From positions 25,234,001 to 25,298,000 of the forward strand of contig OX597815.1 in NCBI GenBank assembly GCA_951406725.2: a stretch of 64,000 nucleotides of DNA. The letters are read 5' to 3'. Shown here one piece after another: positions 37,352 through 49,293 of this stretch. The notes under the pieces are model-generated. The model did no database searches, was not told where the DNA came from, and was given only the letters and a program-made list of their open reading frames with translations. Source of the stretch: Octopus vulgaris (Eukaryota). Made by a program: the position numbers and the translations under genes. How positions within the stretch are numbered: the stretch's first letter is position 1; each line of letters starts with the position of its first letter.

Positions 37352-40300
37352 CGTATATATATATATGTGTGCGTGTGTTTGTGTGTCTGTGTTTGTCCCC
37401 CTAACATTGCTTGACAACCGATGCTGGTGCGTTTACGTCCCCGTCACTTAGCGGTTCGGCAAAAGAGACCGATAGAATAAGTACTGGGCTTACAAAAGAA
37501 TAAGTCCCGGGGTCGATTTGCTCGACTAAAAAGGCAGTGCTCCAGCATGGCCGCAGTCAAATGACTGAAACAAGTAAAAGAGTGAAAGAGTAATCAGATA
37601 GTTTATAATGTTTATCATTAGAATGACACTATTGGATATGTGCGAGAGACCAGATCTGGTCAATTTGAACAAAAAACAGGAAGAATATTTTAGCTGGGTA
37701 TGACCAGTTTAAAAATTAAAAGGTTAAATATAGTGTATTAGTTATTTAGTTTTCATTTTAAAATTTGTTACATCAAATATAATACTCTCAATAGAACAGT
37801 TGATTGTTTTCCATTTAATTAATGATTTTGACACCTTTACTGATCTTCAATTAAATTCCTATTTCTTTATTATCCACAAGGGGCTAAACACAGAGAGGAC
37901 AGACAAACAGATTAAGTGTTGATTACATCGACTCCAGTACGTAACTGGTACTTAATTTATCGACCCCGAAAGGATGAAAGGCCAAGTCGACCTCGGCGGA
38001 ATTTGAACTCACAACGTAACGGCAGACAAAATACCTATTTCTTTATTACCCACAAGGGGCTAAACACAGAGGGGACAAACAAGGACAGACATAGGTATTA
38101 AGTCGATTACATCGACCCCAGTGCATAACTGGTACTTAATTTATCGACCCCGAAAGGATGAAAGGCAAAGTCGACCTCGGCGGAATTTGAACTCACAACG
38201 TAACGGCAGACAAAATACCGCTAAGCATTTCGCCCGGCATGCTAACGGTTCTGCCAGCTCATTAAATTCCATCAAATGCCTTGCATATATTTCCGTCTAC
38301 AATTTCTGACGTACACATGGTGGGCTTTGAATTACGAAGCCTTTTAACAAATACAATTAAGTACAAATGCCAGTGGTTGTTGCCAGTGCCGACAGACTGG
38401 CTCCTGTGACAGGTAGCACGTAAAAACACCTTTTGAGCGTGATTGTTGCCAGAACTGCCTGACTGGCCCTCGAGCCGGTGGCACGTAAAAGCACCCACTA
38501 CACTCACGGAGTGTACAGATGACTGATGACTCTCTTGTCATCTCCTTCATAAGGCTTAGTGTCTTGAGATCAATCTTCAACACTTCATCCTATGTCTCTA
38601 GTTGTAGAGGGAACCCATGGAAGGGGTAGACCCATAAAGCCATGGGTCTAACCTCTGTCAAAACTTCCCCCATCTTCCCAACACTCCTCTCCTCCACTCA
38701 CCCTCTTGCACCCCACCCACTCTCCCCCATGTGCCTATCTTCCCACTCTCCATGCCCTCACACATCTCCCTTACCTCCCTTCCAGCCACTCCAACTTTTC
38801 TCACCATGACTTGCTACAGTCATATCTTCTCCATCTCTAAACATATCCCCTCATACTCTCATGGAACATCCCCCTCTATCCTCTCTGTACTACTTATACT
38901 ACCACCCTCACTGTTCCCTGTGGATATGCCCCAATATATCTCCAACACCATCTATTCCCCCCCTCACTCCTACTCTGACTTTTTCCCTATCAGTCTCTCA
39001 CTCTCCCACCTTTCTTCTCCTTGCCCTGCTGGAATAGCCAAATATCTCCTCTTTAGTAAAACAACTATCTCTGTCCCTCCATTATACTCTAACTTCTCAC
39101 CTGGAACACAACCACTTCCCTCAGTTCTATTCACTCTCTCAACTAAGAGGTCTTTGTCTTACAAGGTACTTGATGACCCAGCAGGTGCTGGTGCCACATA
39201 AAAAGAACCTGTGTCAGTGTCACGTAAAACCAACTGGGCTGGTGTCATGTAGAAAGCACCCAGTACACTGTAAAGTGGTTGATGTTAGGAAGGGCATCCA
39301 GAAACCACGTCAAAACAGACTATTTTGGAGCCTGGTGTACTCTCCAGCTTACCAGTTCCTGTCAAACTGCCCAACCTTTGCAAGCACGGTAAACAGACAT
39401 CAAATGATGATGATGACTAGTCTTGGTGAAATTATTAGATATAAGGTGGCGAGCTGGCAGAAATGTTAGCACGCCGGGCAAAATGCGTAGCCGTATTTCG
39501 TCTGCTGTTACGTTCTAAGTTCAAATTCCGCCGAGGTTGACTTTGCCTTTCATCCTTTCGGGGTCGATAAGTTAAGTACCAGTTATGCACTGTGGTCAAT
39601 GTAATCAACTTAATCCCTTTGTCTGTCCTTGTTTGTCTCCTCTATGTTTAGCCCCTTCTGGGCAATAAAGAAATATATTAGATAGAAACTCTCCTGAAGC
39701 CACTCATGTGTTTGTATGTATGTGTGTGTATGCATGAATGAATGTCTACTTTCTGCATGTTTATGCATGATACCATATCTGAGTGATGGTGATGAGATGT
39801 TTCCCGTAAGAAATACATCCTGTAGGTCAACTGTGAAGACTAGTACAATAAAAAATATCTTACTTGAAAAATAGAGGTTGTCAACAGGAAGGGTATCTGG
39901 CTATAGAATACTACTGCATGCAGACATGAGTTAGACAAGTGGATTTAAAAACACTGCAGACAAGCTGACATAGATAGACAGGTGTGTATCTATGTGTGTA
40001 GAAACAAGATTCCTTCCATAGTTATGTCAGCTCAATATGTAAGCTAGGTTTAAAATGTTAGCAAGAATACAGATGAGTATTCTTGCTTTGACAGTTATCA
40101 ACTATGCAAGTATATTTCTCTCTGATATATTATTTTTATTATTAGCTCTGCCATGCAGGTGAAGATTCAGTTTTAGTATTAGCTTATGTTGGTGCATCTA
40201 TCTTCATTTACCATAATTTTTTGGTTAAAAACACACACACAAAAAAAAAACATTAACCCTTTAGTGTTCAGATTATTCTATCAAATGTAATGCTTATTGA

Positions 40301-40811
40301 TTCACATTGATTTGAATTAATCATGCATTGTCTCATATCTTCAAGATGTTAATGGTGTAATTACTTAATGTAGAATAACATTGTAGGGTAGGTGTGAGAG
40401 CCTGGATCTGGTCAGTTTGAACATAAAACAGATTAACTATTTTGGCCGGATATGGCCAGTTTAAATGAATAACAGAACACAAGGGAAAAAATATTTCGTT
40501 TTGAGATCCCAAGTTTTTCCCCTAACTTATTTAAATATCAACCGTCGTTTTTAAACATACATAATGATATTGTTTCATTCTTGGGAAAAATCAAACCATA
40601 GGTATTTCATATGTCAGTCAGCTAACATAATAATTAATGAACTGCTCCCATTACAAGTCAATAGGCATGAGCAAGAGATTCCTATGATTTCATGTTAATT
40701 ACACTGTTAGTAATTGTTATAAGCATATCAGACAATTATAGAATACCCAAGACACTATACAAACCAAGTCATAAAGTCTGTCTTGTAATAATTAATATAT
40801 ATATATACATA

Positions 40812-41200
40812 GGCGCAGGAGTGGCTGTGTGGTAAGTAGCTTGCTTACCAACCACATGGTTCCAGGTTCAGTCCCACTGCGTGGCACCTTGGGCAAGTGT
40901 CTTCTACTATAGCCTTGGGCAGACCAAAGCCTTGTGAGTGGATTTGGTAGACGGAAACTGAAAAAAGCCTATCGTATATATGTATATATATATATGTGTG
41001 TGCGCGTGTGTTTGTCACCCTAGCATTGCTTGACAACCGATGCTGGTGTGTTTATGTCCCCGTCACTTAGCGGTTCGGCAAAAGAGACCGATAGGATAAG
41101 TACTGGGCTTACAAAGAATAAGTCCCGGGGTCGAGTTGCTTGACTAAAGGCGGTGCTCCAGCATGGCCGCAGTCAAATGACTGAAACAAGTAAAAGAGTA
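40812..41200 (+). mobile_element. tRNA-derived SINE family A, full length (other copies: 2128-2532 -, 15841-16190 -, 26691-27090 +, 32684-33007 +, 37237-37592 +, 46297-46698 -, 49932-50300 -, 62781-63180 +, plus degenerate ones)
   Basis: Head GGCGCAGGAGTGGCTGTGTGGTAAG...GGTTCAGTCCC (A/B-box-like), internal (TA)n(TG)n, tail GAAACAAGTAAAAGAGTA. Many near-identical copies. Resembles octopus OR/OK-type SINEs (exact family name not verified). Confidence 0.9.
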
Positions 41201-43216
41201 TATATATATAAATTATTACAATTATTATAACTTCCAGAAAAAATGGATACTTTTTAATGAAACTTTCACCAAATAATTACTTATATCCTGTAGATTGAGT
41301 GTATGTAAAGATTTGTCGTAAAAAAATTTCCGAGGGGTTGGGGAGAGGAGTTGCGGAAAATTCACAGGACCTGACGTTTCCCTCCTCATAACTTTCTGGA
41401 AAATAGGTATTTTCTAATGAAATTTTATGCAAGTACCTTTCAAACGGTGTAGATTACGATTACAAAGAAATTTATAGACAAAAGTTTTTGGAAGGGGGCA
41501 GGAGTTTCTGGAAAATAAAGTTTCAGATCAAACAGCCCACATAAGTTGGAATTTCTCCATTTTGACAGGGATTTTTTCCAGCCTTCAGAATGATGGCAGG
41601 CATCTTTTCATGAGAAAAAGAAAAAAAATTTTGAAAATTAATTTTTTTTTTTTGCTCCTGCCATCCTCTCACAAACCCAGTCCGAAATGATTTTGGCCTT
41701 TTTTTTTCACTATGCATTTAAAACCTGTGAGAGAAACATTTTCCGTTTAACACTTTCATTACTGTATTTATTTTGAGATGCTCTGTGTTTCTTTCAATTG
41801 CTTTAACCCTTTGGTGTTTAAGCCAGCCATATCCGGCCCAAATATCCTACATGTTTTACATTCAAACTGGCCATATCTAGCCTCTCACACCTAACCTACA
41901 TTGACATTCTAAGAATAATCTATCACACCATTGAAACTTCAAAGCTGTAAGATAATGTGTGATTAATTCAAAACAATTTGAGTGAAAAAAGTATTACATT
42001 TAACAGATTAATCTGAACACTAAAGGGTTAAATATAACAAAAAATTTAGTAAAATAACTTAGTTATCATTCAGCTAGTGTTGGGAACATAAATTGTGACT
42101 AAGATTTGGTGGAGGATTTTAATTCAAAACTTATGAAAACAAAACATTTGTACTCAGAGCCAATTTCAGCCAGGTTGGTAACAAAAGGGTTAAAAAACAT
42201 TAGACTTGAAATTTTGTCAGTGGGTGCTTTATATACCATTATTATTTAGCTGATTTTGCTGAGTAAATTTGACATTTATGGGCAGGTAAATTTAATTAAC
42301 AGGTGTAAAAGTAATAACATTATCGATAAACACTAAAATTGAAATTTTTAATGCATCTTACCTGTTTGATTTGTTACTTAAATTATCTCAGATGGCAACC
42401 AACAAAAATTTTGCCACTTTCCAATATCAGGTATAATCAGTACAGGTATAATCCAATACAGGTATAATCAGTACAAGATTTTATTTTTTCAGTAAATATT
42501 TCATACCTAGGTGTGGAATAATTCTTTCCAGTTTTTTCAGATGCATTCAACATATCTGATCTCCAAACCCACCGCAAGCCACTTTTTTCTAGAAAAGAAA
42601 GGTGGGAGGGGTGGTGGTAACCTTGAAGTTTCCCACTAAGGGAGTTTTGTTTCACGGGTATATTTTTCTCCAAGTACTTTCAACTAATGTGACATCGAAA
42701 TCACATGTAAACAACTTCTTTTTCTAGAAAAGGAAAGATTTGGCTACTATTTCTAGCATGCCCTGCTACCATGTAACAGCTATTTGCGTTCACACCGAAA
42801 TATTTACCAACTTTTTTCCTTCCATTTATTTTTCCACTTTATGGAAGTCAATATTTTCTCTGTTGACATCCACCTCAGCAAGGTCACGGATCAAGTGGAA
42901 ACATATCAGTCACTGCTTCCTCTTGACAGGACAAAGAAATTTCCTGCTGTCTTTGCAAGCAACAAGCAGGTGGATTTGGTTTCAAATCCAGGCAAGGCCA
43001 AACGAGACCCTACAAGTTATTTATAATAATAAGTGGCGTTATATCAGCGTTGAAAGAATGACATGTACAATATTAAATAAGCTAAGACAATCTGAAAACA
43101 ATAGAAACTTTTAAACGTTTACCGGTTTTTATGAAATTTTTGGGTTAATGGACTTGAATTAACAGAAACTAAATGTAACAAGTTAATTAGTCTGATAATG
43201 ACTTTCAAAATTAGCT

Positions 43217-43444
43217 TTAACCCTTTAGTGTTTAAACCGGCCATATCTGGCCCAAATATTCTATATGTTTTATATTCAAACTGGCGATATTTAGCCTCTC
43301 ACACCTAACCTACACTGACATTCTAAAAATAAACAATCACATCATTGAAACCTCAAAGCTATAAGATAATGCATGATTAATTCAAAACAATTTGAGTGAA
43401 AAAGTATTATATTTAACAGAGTAATCTGAACAGTAAAGGGTTAA
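43217..43444 (+). mobile_element. piggyBac-type MITE family A, about 225 bp (other copies 7504-7885, 25834-26063, 29202-29425, 36748-36976, 40254-40466, 41803-42031, 46071-46246)
   Basis: TTAA|CCCTTTAG ... CTAAAGGG|TTAA terminal inverted repeats with TTAA target duplication and a conserved interior. Confidence 0.9.
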
Positions 43445-43601
43445 AGTCAAATAGTAAATGAAAATATTAACTTCGTTAATTAACGATTAACAGACTTACA
43501 CCCAACTCTGTGTGTGTGTATGTATATATATATAAATAAAATTGTACAACACCATTGAAGCACAGCATATATTTACACAAGAGTTATTCAGAAATACTTA
43601 C

Positions 43602-44525
43602 ATCAAGAAGTTTTTCTAATCGTTTTATTTGCCTTTCAGATCCTTTCTTCTTTTTCTTTTCTTTTGTTTCACTTAAGTTACTTGCACTTTCCTCAAGAGT
43701 GTTCGGGGAAGGTGATACCAGATCTAAACAATTCTGTTTGCTTTCCTCTGCCTCCTTTTCCCTATCACTGTCCACATCTTCAGCCTTAAAATCTAGAGCA
43801 CAGTCAGAAGCTACATCAAGACTTGATGACTCCTTGCAGTCCAATAACACAGTGTTAGATGAAGTATGTTTGTTAACACCAGAAGCACTTTCGTGATTAC
43901 TGGATGATGCTGGACAAGGACTCTTGGAATCCAATGATATCAGATCAACAGATGGAGATTTTTGTTTACGATTCTGCTCACCAGAAAAATAGGTAGGAAA
44001 GTCTGAAGAATCAGATGACTTAAAATCTGATTGGATAGAATCATTTGAGAGTGATTCTTCCACAATGGGAGATACTTGATCATCTTTCTCACAGGATATT
44101 GATTCTTCTTTACCACAACTGTCTTCATTTTTTTCTTCTCTTCCAATCTTTTCACTCTTTTTACTGCTATCTACATTGACCTGCTTTGTGTTATTTCTCT
44201 TAAAAAAGTCAGAGTCAGAACTGAGATCTGAACATGAATTGTAAACACATTGTTTTTTATTAGTCCCCTCACAGACATCGTCCACTAGTTTGCGTTTATT
44301 ATTTGGAGCAGTAGTAACTCGGTAGGATTTCAATTCTGCTAAGAAGTTTTTAAGATGTACAAATATTCGATGTTTCTCAGCCTCAATTTTCGACTGTATA
44401 TCTGCTGTCAACTCCAAGAAGTCCTTGGAAAAACGGAAGGAGTCACTGCATTCATCATATCGCTTTTTCACAAATGATATCAATTCTTTGTTTTCTTCAA
44501 GATGATCTTCTAGAAAGTCCAAGAA
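43602..44525 (-). CDS. DAXX: DAXX coding exon 2: DAXX helical bundle, long acidic/Ser linker, start of histone-binding domain
   Basis: FLDFLEDHLEENKELISFVKKRY...RIFVHLKNFLAELKSY resembles the DAXX helical bundle. Ends GSERQIKRLEKLLD (human GSRRQIQRLEQLL). TTTTAG acceptor, GTAAGT donor, 924 nt. Confidence 0.92.
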
Positions 44526-46729
44526 CTAAAAGAAATAAAATAATATTTCAATCATAAATCAACATTTACACATTACATGTCTATTTAAGATTAAATTATT
44601 ACAAAATAAATAGGTTTTTCACATCCTCATTACTTGAATCACTGTTTCTCTTCACTGTTTCACCATGTTATATTTTCAACCCCTGCTTTATCTACAATTG
44701 AACCCATAGCCTTTATTTCTAAAACAGGGTTCTAGAATTATGTTCCTCATAAGAGAAGCCCTGTAAGGATTGAACAGAAGGCAGACTTACTGCCATTTCA
44801 AATAAAATTGAGATTGTTTTTAACTTTAAAAACATGTCCAACATTATTGCAAAGAAGTGTATGGATGCAAATTTTATTGTCTTCTCATTAACAGAGATAG
44901 GACAAGAGCAAAAATTTCAATACTGGGAAGGGGAGATTATTTGTCAATTCAAGAACCTCTGTTCTAGAAGACTGTTGATATGTAGATAAGTGTGATGCCC
45001 TGTATCAAAAGTAAAGTTTCTGAATTCAATCCTTGTCAAAGAAGTAGATGTGGAACAATTCAGATATCGATACTCTCACACCCTTACATGATTTAAATGT
45101 TGTGGTAGAGATGGGGATATACTTATTCTGTGGCTCAGCAGAAAAAGGCACAGAAGTATTTGAAAATTTAGAGGAACTGGGCTGTTAACTATAAAATTCT
45201 TGACTTCTGGGTCTCTACTTTGACCGAAAGTTAGGTAAAATTCATGAGGGTGCACTGCTCCTCCAGCATCTTAACCTCACACTTGTTCACAGTACTGCTG
45301 TATATCTGGGGTGGTTTCTATTAATATACATAATTTCCTTTTGAATTTTACTCTTTTATTTTCTTATATTTTTGCTATTTTGAAGAAAACTTTTTTGGAG
45401 TAATTGTTGTATGAATTATGAAATAAATTTGTAACATGAATTCCACAAGAACATAAATAAAAAAACATTCAGTTATAAATACATGTGTGAGTTTGCATGT
45501 ATAAAATATGGCACCTAAAGATTACAAAAGAATAAGCAAATAGAAATGTGGAAGCACTCTGTCGGTTACGACGATGGGGGTTCCGGTTGATCCGATCAAC
45601 GGAACAGCCTGCTCGTGAAATTAACGTGTAAGTGGCTGAGCACTCCACAGACACGTGTACCCTTAACGTAGTTCTCGGGGAGATTCAGCGTGACACAGAG
45701 AGTGACAAGGCCGACCCCTTGAAATACAGGTACAACAGAAACAGGAAGTAAGAGTGAGAGAAAGTTGTGGTGAAAGAGTACAGCAGGGATCACCACCATC
45801 CCCTGCCGGAGCCTCGTGGAGCTTTAGGTGTTTTCGCTCAATAAACATTCACAACGCCCGGTCTGGGAATCGAAACCGCGATCCTATGACTGCAAGTCCG
45901 CTGCCCTAACCACTGGGCCATTGCGCCTCCGCAAATAGAAATACAATCTTAATAGACAGACACAAAATTACATTAAGAATTACTTGGAAAGCTCATACTC
46001 CATTGAAATGTGCCGTTTTAACAGATAACAATTAAAACAACTAATTTCATCTAATGTACATAACATGGGATTAACCCATAAGGATTTAAACCAGCTTATC
46101 TGGTCCAAAATACTTATGTTCAAACTGGCCAGATCTCACCTCTTACACCATCAAAATCTGGAGACTATGAGACAGTGCATGATTAAATCAAAATAATGTG
46201 AATAAATAAGCATTTGACAGAGTAATATGAATACTAAAGGGTTTAAACACTGTTTTGAAGAACTATTACCGTGACCTACCAAAAGTTTCTAATACCTCTC
46301 TTTTACTTGTTTCAGTCATTTGACTGCGGCCATGCTGGAGCACCGCCTTTAGTCGAGCAAATCGACCCCGGGACTTATTCTTTGTAAGCCCAGTACTTAT
46401 TCTATCGGTCTCTTTTGCCGAACCGCTAAGTGACGGGGACGAAAACACACCAGCATCGGTTGTCAAGCAATGCTAGGGGGACAAACACAGACACACAAAC
46501 ATATACACACACACTTATATATATATACATATATACAACAGGCTTCTTTCAGTTTCCGTCTACCAAATCCACTCACAAAGCATTGGTCGGCCCGGGGCTA
46601 TAGCAGAAGACACTTGCCCAAGATGCCACGCAGTGGGACTGAACCCGGAACCATGTGGTTGGTTAGCAAGCTACTTACCACACAGCCACTCCTGCGCCTT
46701 TGATTATTTCAATTTTTTTCTTTCTTTAT

Positions 46730-47830
46730 TTCTAATTGGATATGTTTTCTCTTCTTTAGAGACACATAAATTTGTGTTTTCAGATTAATTGCAGCTTTTA
46801 TTTGACAAAACACAATAAGTGATATTGGGGAAAAAATACACCAATGAATTTACAAACAGACAAGGTTTGTATTAATACAGAAAATCCATTCAAGAGGAAG
46901 CCTTAATTTTTGTTATTAATCATCAAACAGGGAATATCATAGCCAAGAGATGGACTGAAAAGCATTGCTGAATGAAGAAGAAATCTGAGAGGCTACAAAA
47001 AGTTTCTGAGAAGACAAAGAGGGTTTTAAGAATTATCAAAAAGTAACTTAAAACTCTTAGAGAAGTTGCAAGTTCTATGGATATGTCACTGAAAGACTTT
47101 GAATATAAATGAAGAATTATAAGAAAGAAATCCATAATTTCAAAAGCTAGTAAGACCAATAGGTAGAACAGGGCTAAAGAAATCTGCAACAAGGAAGATG
47201 CATTTTGGTTGTCAATAATATTGCCAACAAAAGTGAATCCTACCAATTTTTCAATTCAAGATAAATGTGAAGTGCATCAAAACTGAAATATGAGGGACAG
47301 TTAGCAAGGAATAGTTTAACATGAGAAAGTTTGAAGTTATTGTGGGAGTGGGGAGGCACTGACAGATCAGAGCTCATTATTCTGAAAATCATTTTAATAG
47401 CCCAAAATACTGTCAAACACTTTATTCCAATGTAGGAATTGATAAGAAGACTGATCTTTTTGAGAAGATGGAGCCCCATGCCATACAAGATATCACAAGC
47501 TTGGAAAAGAATGAACTCAAGGAAACAAATGTCTGAAATGGGTTGCTCAAGGACCAATCTTAACCCAACAGAACCCATATGGAAACATCAAGAGAGAAGG
47601 CTGCCTGCAAGCTTGCCAAAAATGACATCAATTACAAAGCTGAAAGAAGCATTGACCAGAGATTATTATCTCTTGGATAGGATTCAAAATAAATCAGATG
47701 AAAGCCATGAGATTTGCTAAAGAAGGGCCAACAAATACTAAATACTAAAACAAAATTTCATTAATTTTGCATGTTTTCTTGAAGTTATTACAAGTTACAT
47801 TAATGTGTTTCACAATTCTGTCATTAAAGT
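46730..47830 (+). mobile_element. Degenerate Tc1-like transposase relic
   Basis: Frameshifted motifs EDGAPCHT (Tc1 QQDNAPxH) and TNLNPTEPIW (Tc1 PDLNPIENxW). Boundaries approximate. Confidence 0.65.
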
Positions 47831-49269
47831 TATTGTAGACACAGTAACAAATAAGTCTACATATTAAGAGCTTGGAAAGCTCATATCAAATGTTGTGAAC
47901 AACAGTTAATCAAGAGACTATATATATTTACAGGAAATTCTATTAACATATGCCAAACTCTATCACATGGCATTTGGTACATAATTTGTTGTTCTGTTGT
48001 CAGAAAATAGTTTTCATCATGATCATTGTTTTAACATCAAATTTTCCATGCTTGCTAGTGTCAGATGAGACTATGTTTAGGCATAGTTTTCTATGGCTGG
48101 ATGCCCTTCCTGATGTCAATTTTTCACCCATTTCCAAGCAAAATCAATAATCCATCAGTCTATCAAACAACAAACAGTCCAGACATGCTTTTGTCATGGA
48201 CTGCAAGCAAATGATACAATCTGTGTGAATGGTGAGACATCGTTTATGATTAGTGCACACATGTGAAGATGAAGGGAAATATAAACTCTCACACACACAC
48301 ACATATATGATGGGCCTCTTCAGTTTCTGCCAACAAATTTCATTCACAAGCTATTGGTCAATCTGCAGCTACAGTAAAGAACACTAACCAGTAGTGTCCA
48401 TACTGTAGGACTGAACCCTTAAACATGTGGGTCCAAAGTGAATTTCTTAACTATACAACCATGTTTGTACCAACTTCAGTATTATCATCATCACTTTTTA
48501 GCGTCCGCTTTCCATGATAGCATGGGTTCAACTGGGGTCTGGGAAGCCAGAAGGCTGCACCAGGCCCAGTCTGATCTGGCAATGTTTCTACGGCTGGATG
48601 CCCTTCCTAACGCCAATCAATCAAAACAGTTCTCAAATTTTGGTCGGCACTTGCAAGTAAATATGCCTGGGTAACTTCTATCAGGATTTCAGAAATTGTT
48701 TTTGGTGCCCATGTAGTTGTGAGTAGGCATAAACACTCTCTCCTCCCTCTCACCCGTGACTCAGCAAAACACTGAGAATAAGACAGCTGAAGGGAGAGAT
48801 GGCAGCACCAGCAGTCGGCTGGAGAGCTGGCAGAAACGTTAACACGCCGGGCGAAATGCGTAGCCGTATTTCGTCTACCGTTACATTCTGAGTTCAAATT
48901 CCGCCGAGGTCGACTTTGCCTTTCATCTTTATGGGGTCGATAAATTAAGTACCAGTTACGCACTTGGGTCAATATAATCGACTTAATCTGTTTGTCTGTC
49001 CTTGTTTGTCCCCTCTGTGTGTAGGGCCTTGTGGGTAGTAAAGAAATAGGTACTCATTTTCAACTGAGTAGACTGAAGCAACGTGAAAGGATGAGCTTTG
49101 TTCAAGGACACAGCATGCTGCTCAGTCCAGAAATCAAACCCACAGCTTTATAATTTTAAGTCCCAACACTCTAACCACTAGGTCATATGCTTTAGGAATG
49201 CCACAACATAAAGAAAAGCAAAAACATCAATCAAAAGAGGATTATGAGGAATAAAAAATTTTTTTTTAC

Positions 49270-49293
49270 CTTCTTAAAAACCACTTCTGACAT
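49270..49293 (-). CDS. DAXX: DAXX first coding exon (MSEVVFKK); whole exon 49322-49270 includes 5' UTR
   Basis: Minus strand: TTTTTCAG acceptor at 49323, in-frame stops before the ATG at 49293, AAG|GTAAAA donor. Joins in phase 0 to FLDFLEDH, rebuilding helix 1 of the DAXX helical bundle. Confidence 0.75.

Noticed and set aside
38731-39201. 156-aa S/P/L-rich ORF
   Set aside because: Low-complexity pyrimidine-rich stretch among degenerate repeat fragments, with no recognisable domain or splice context.
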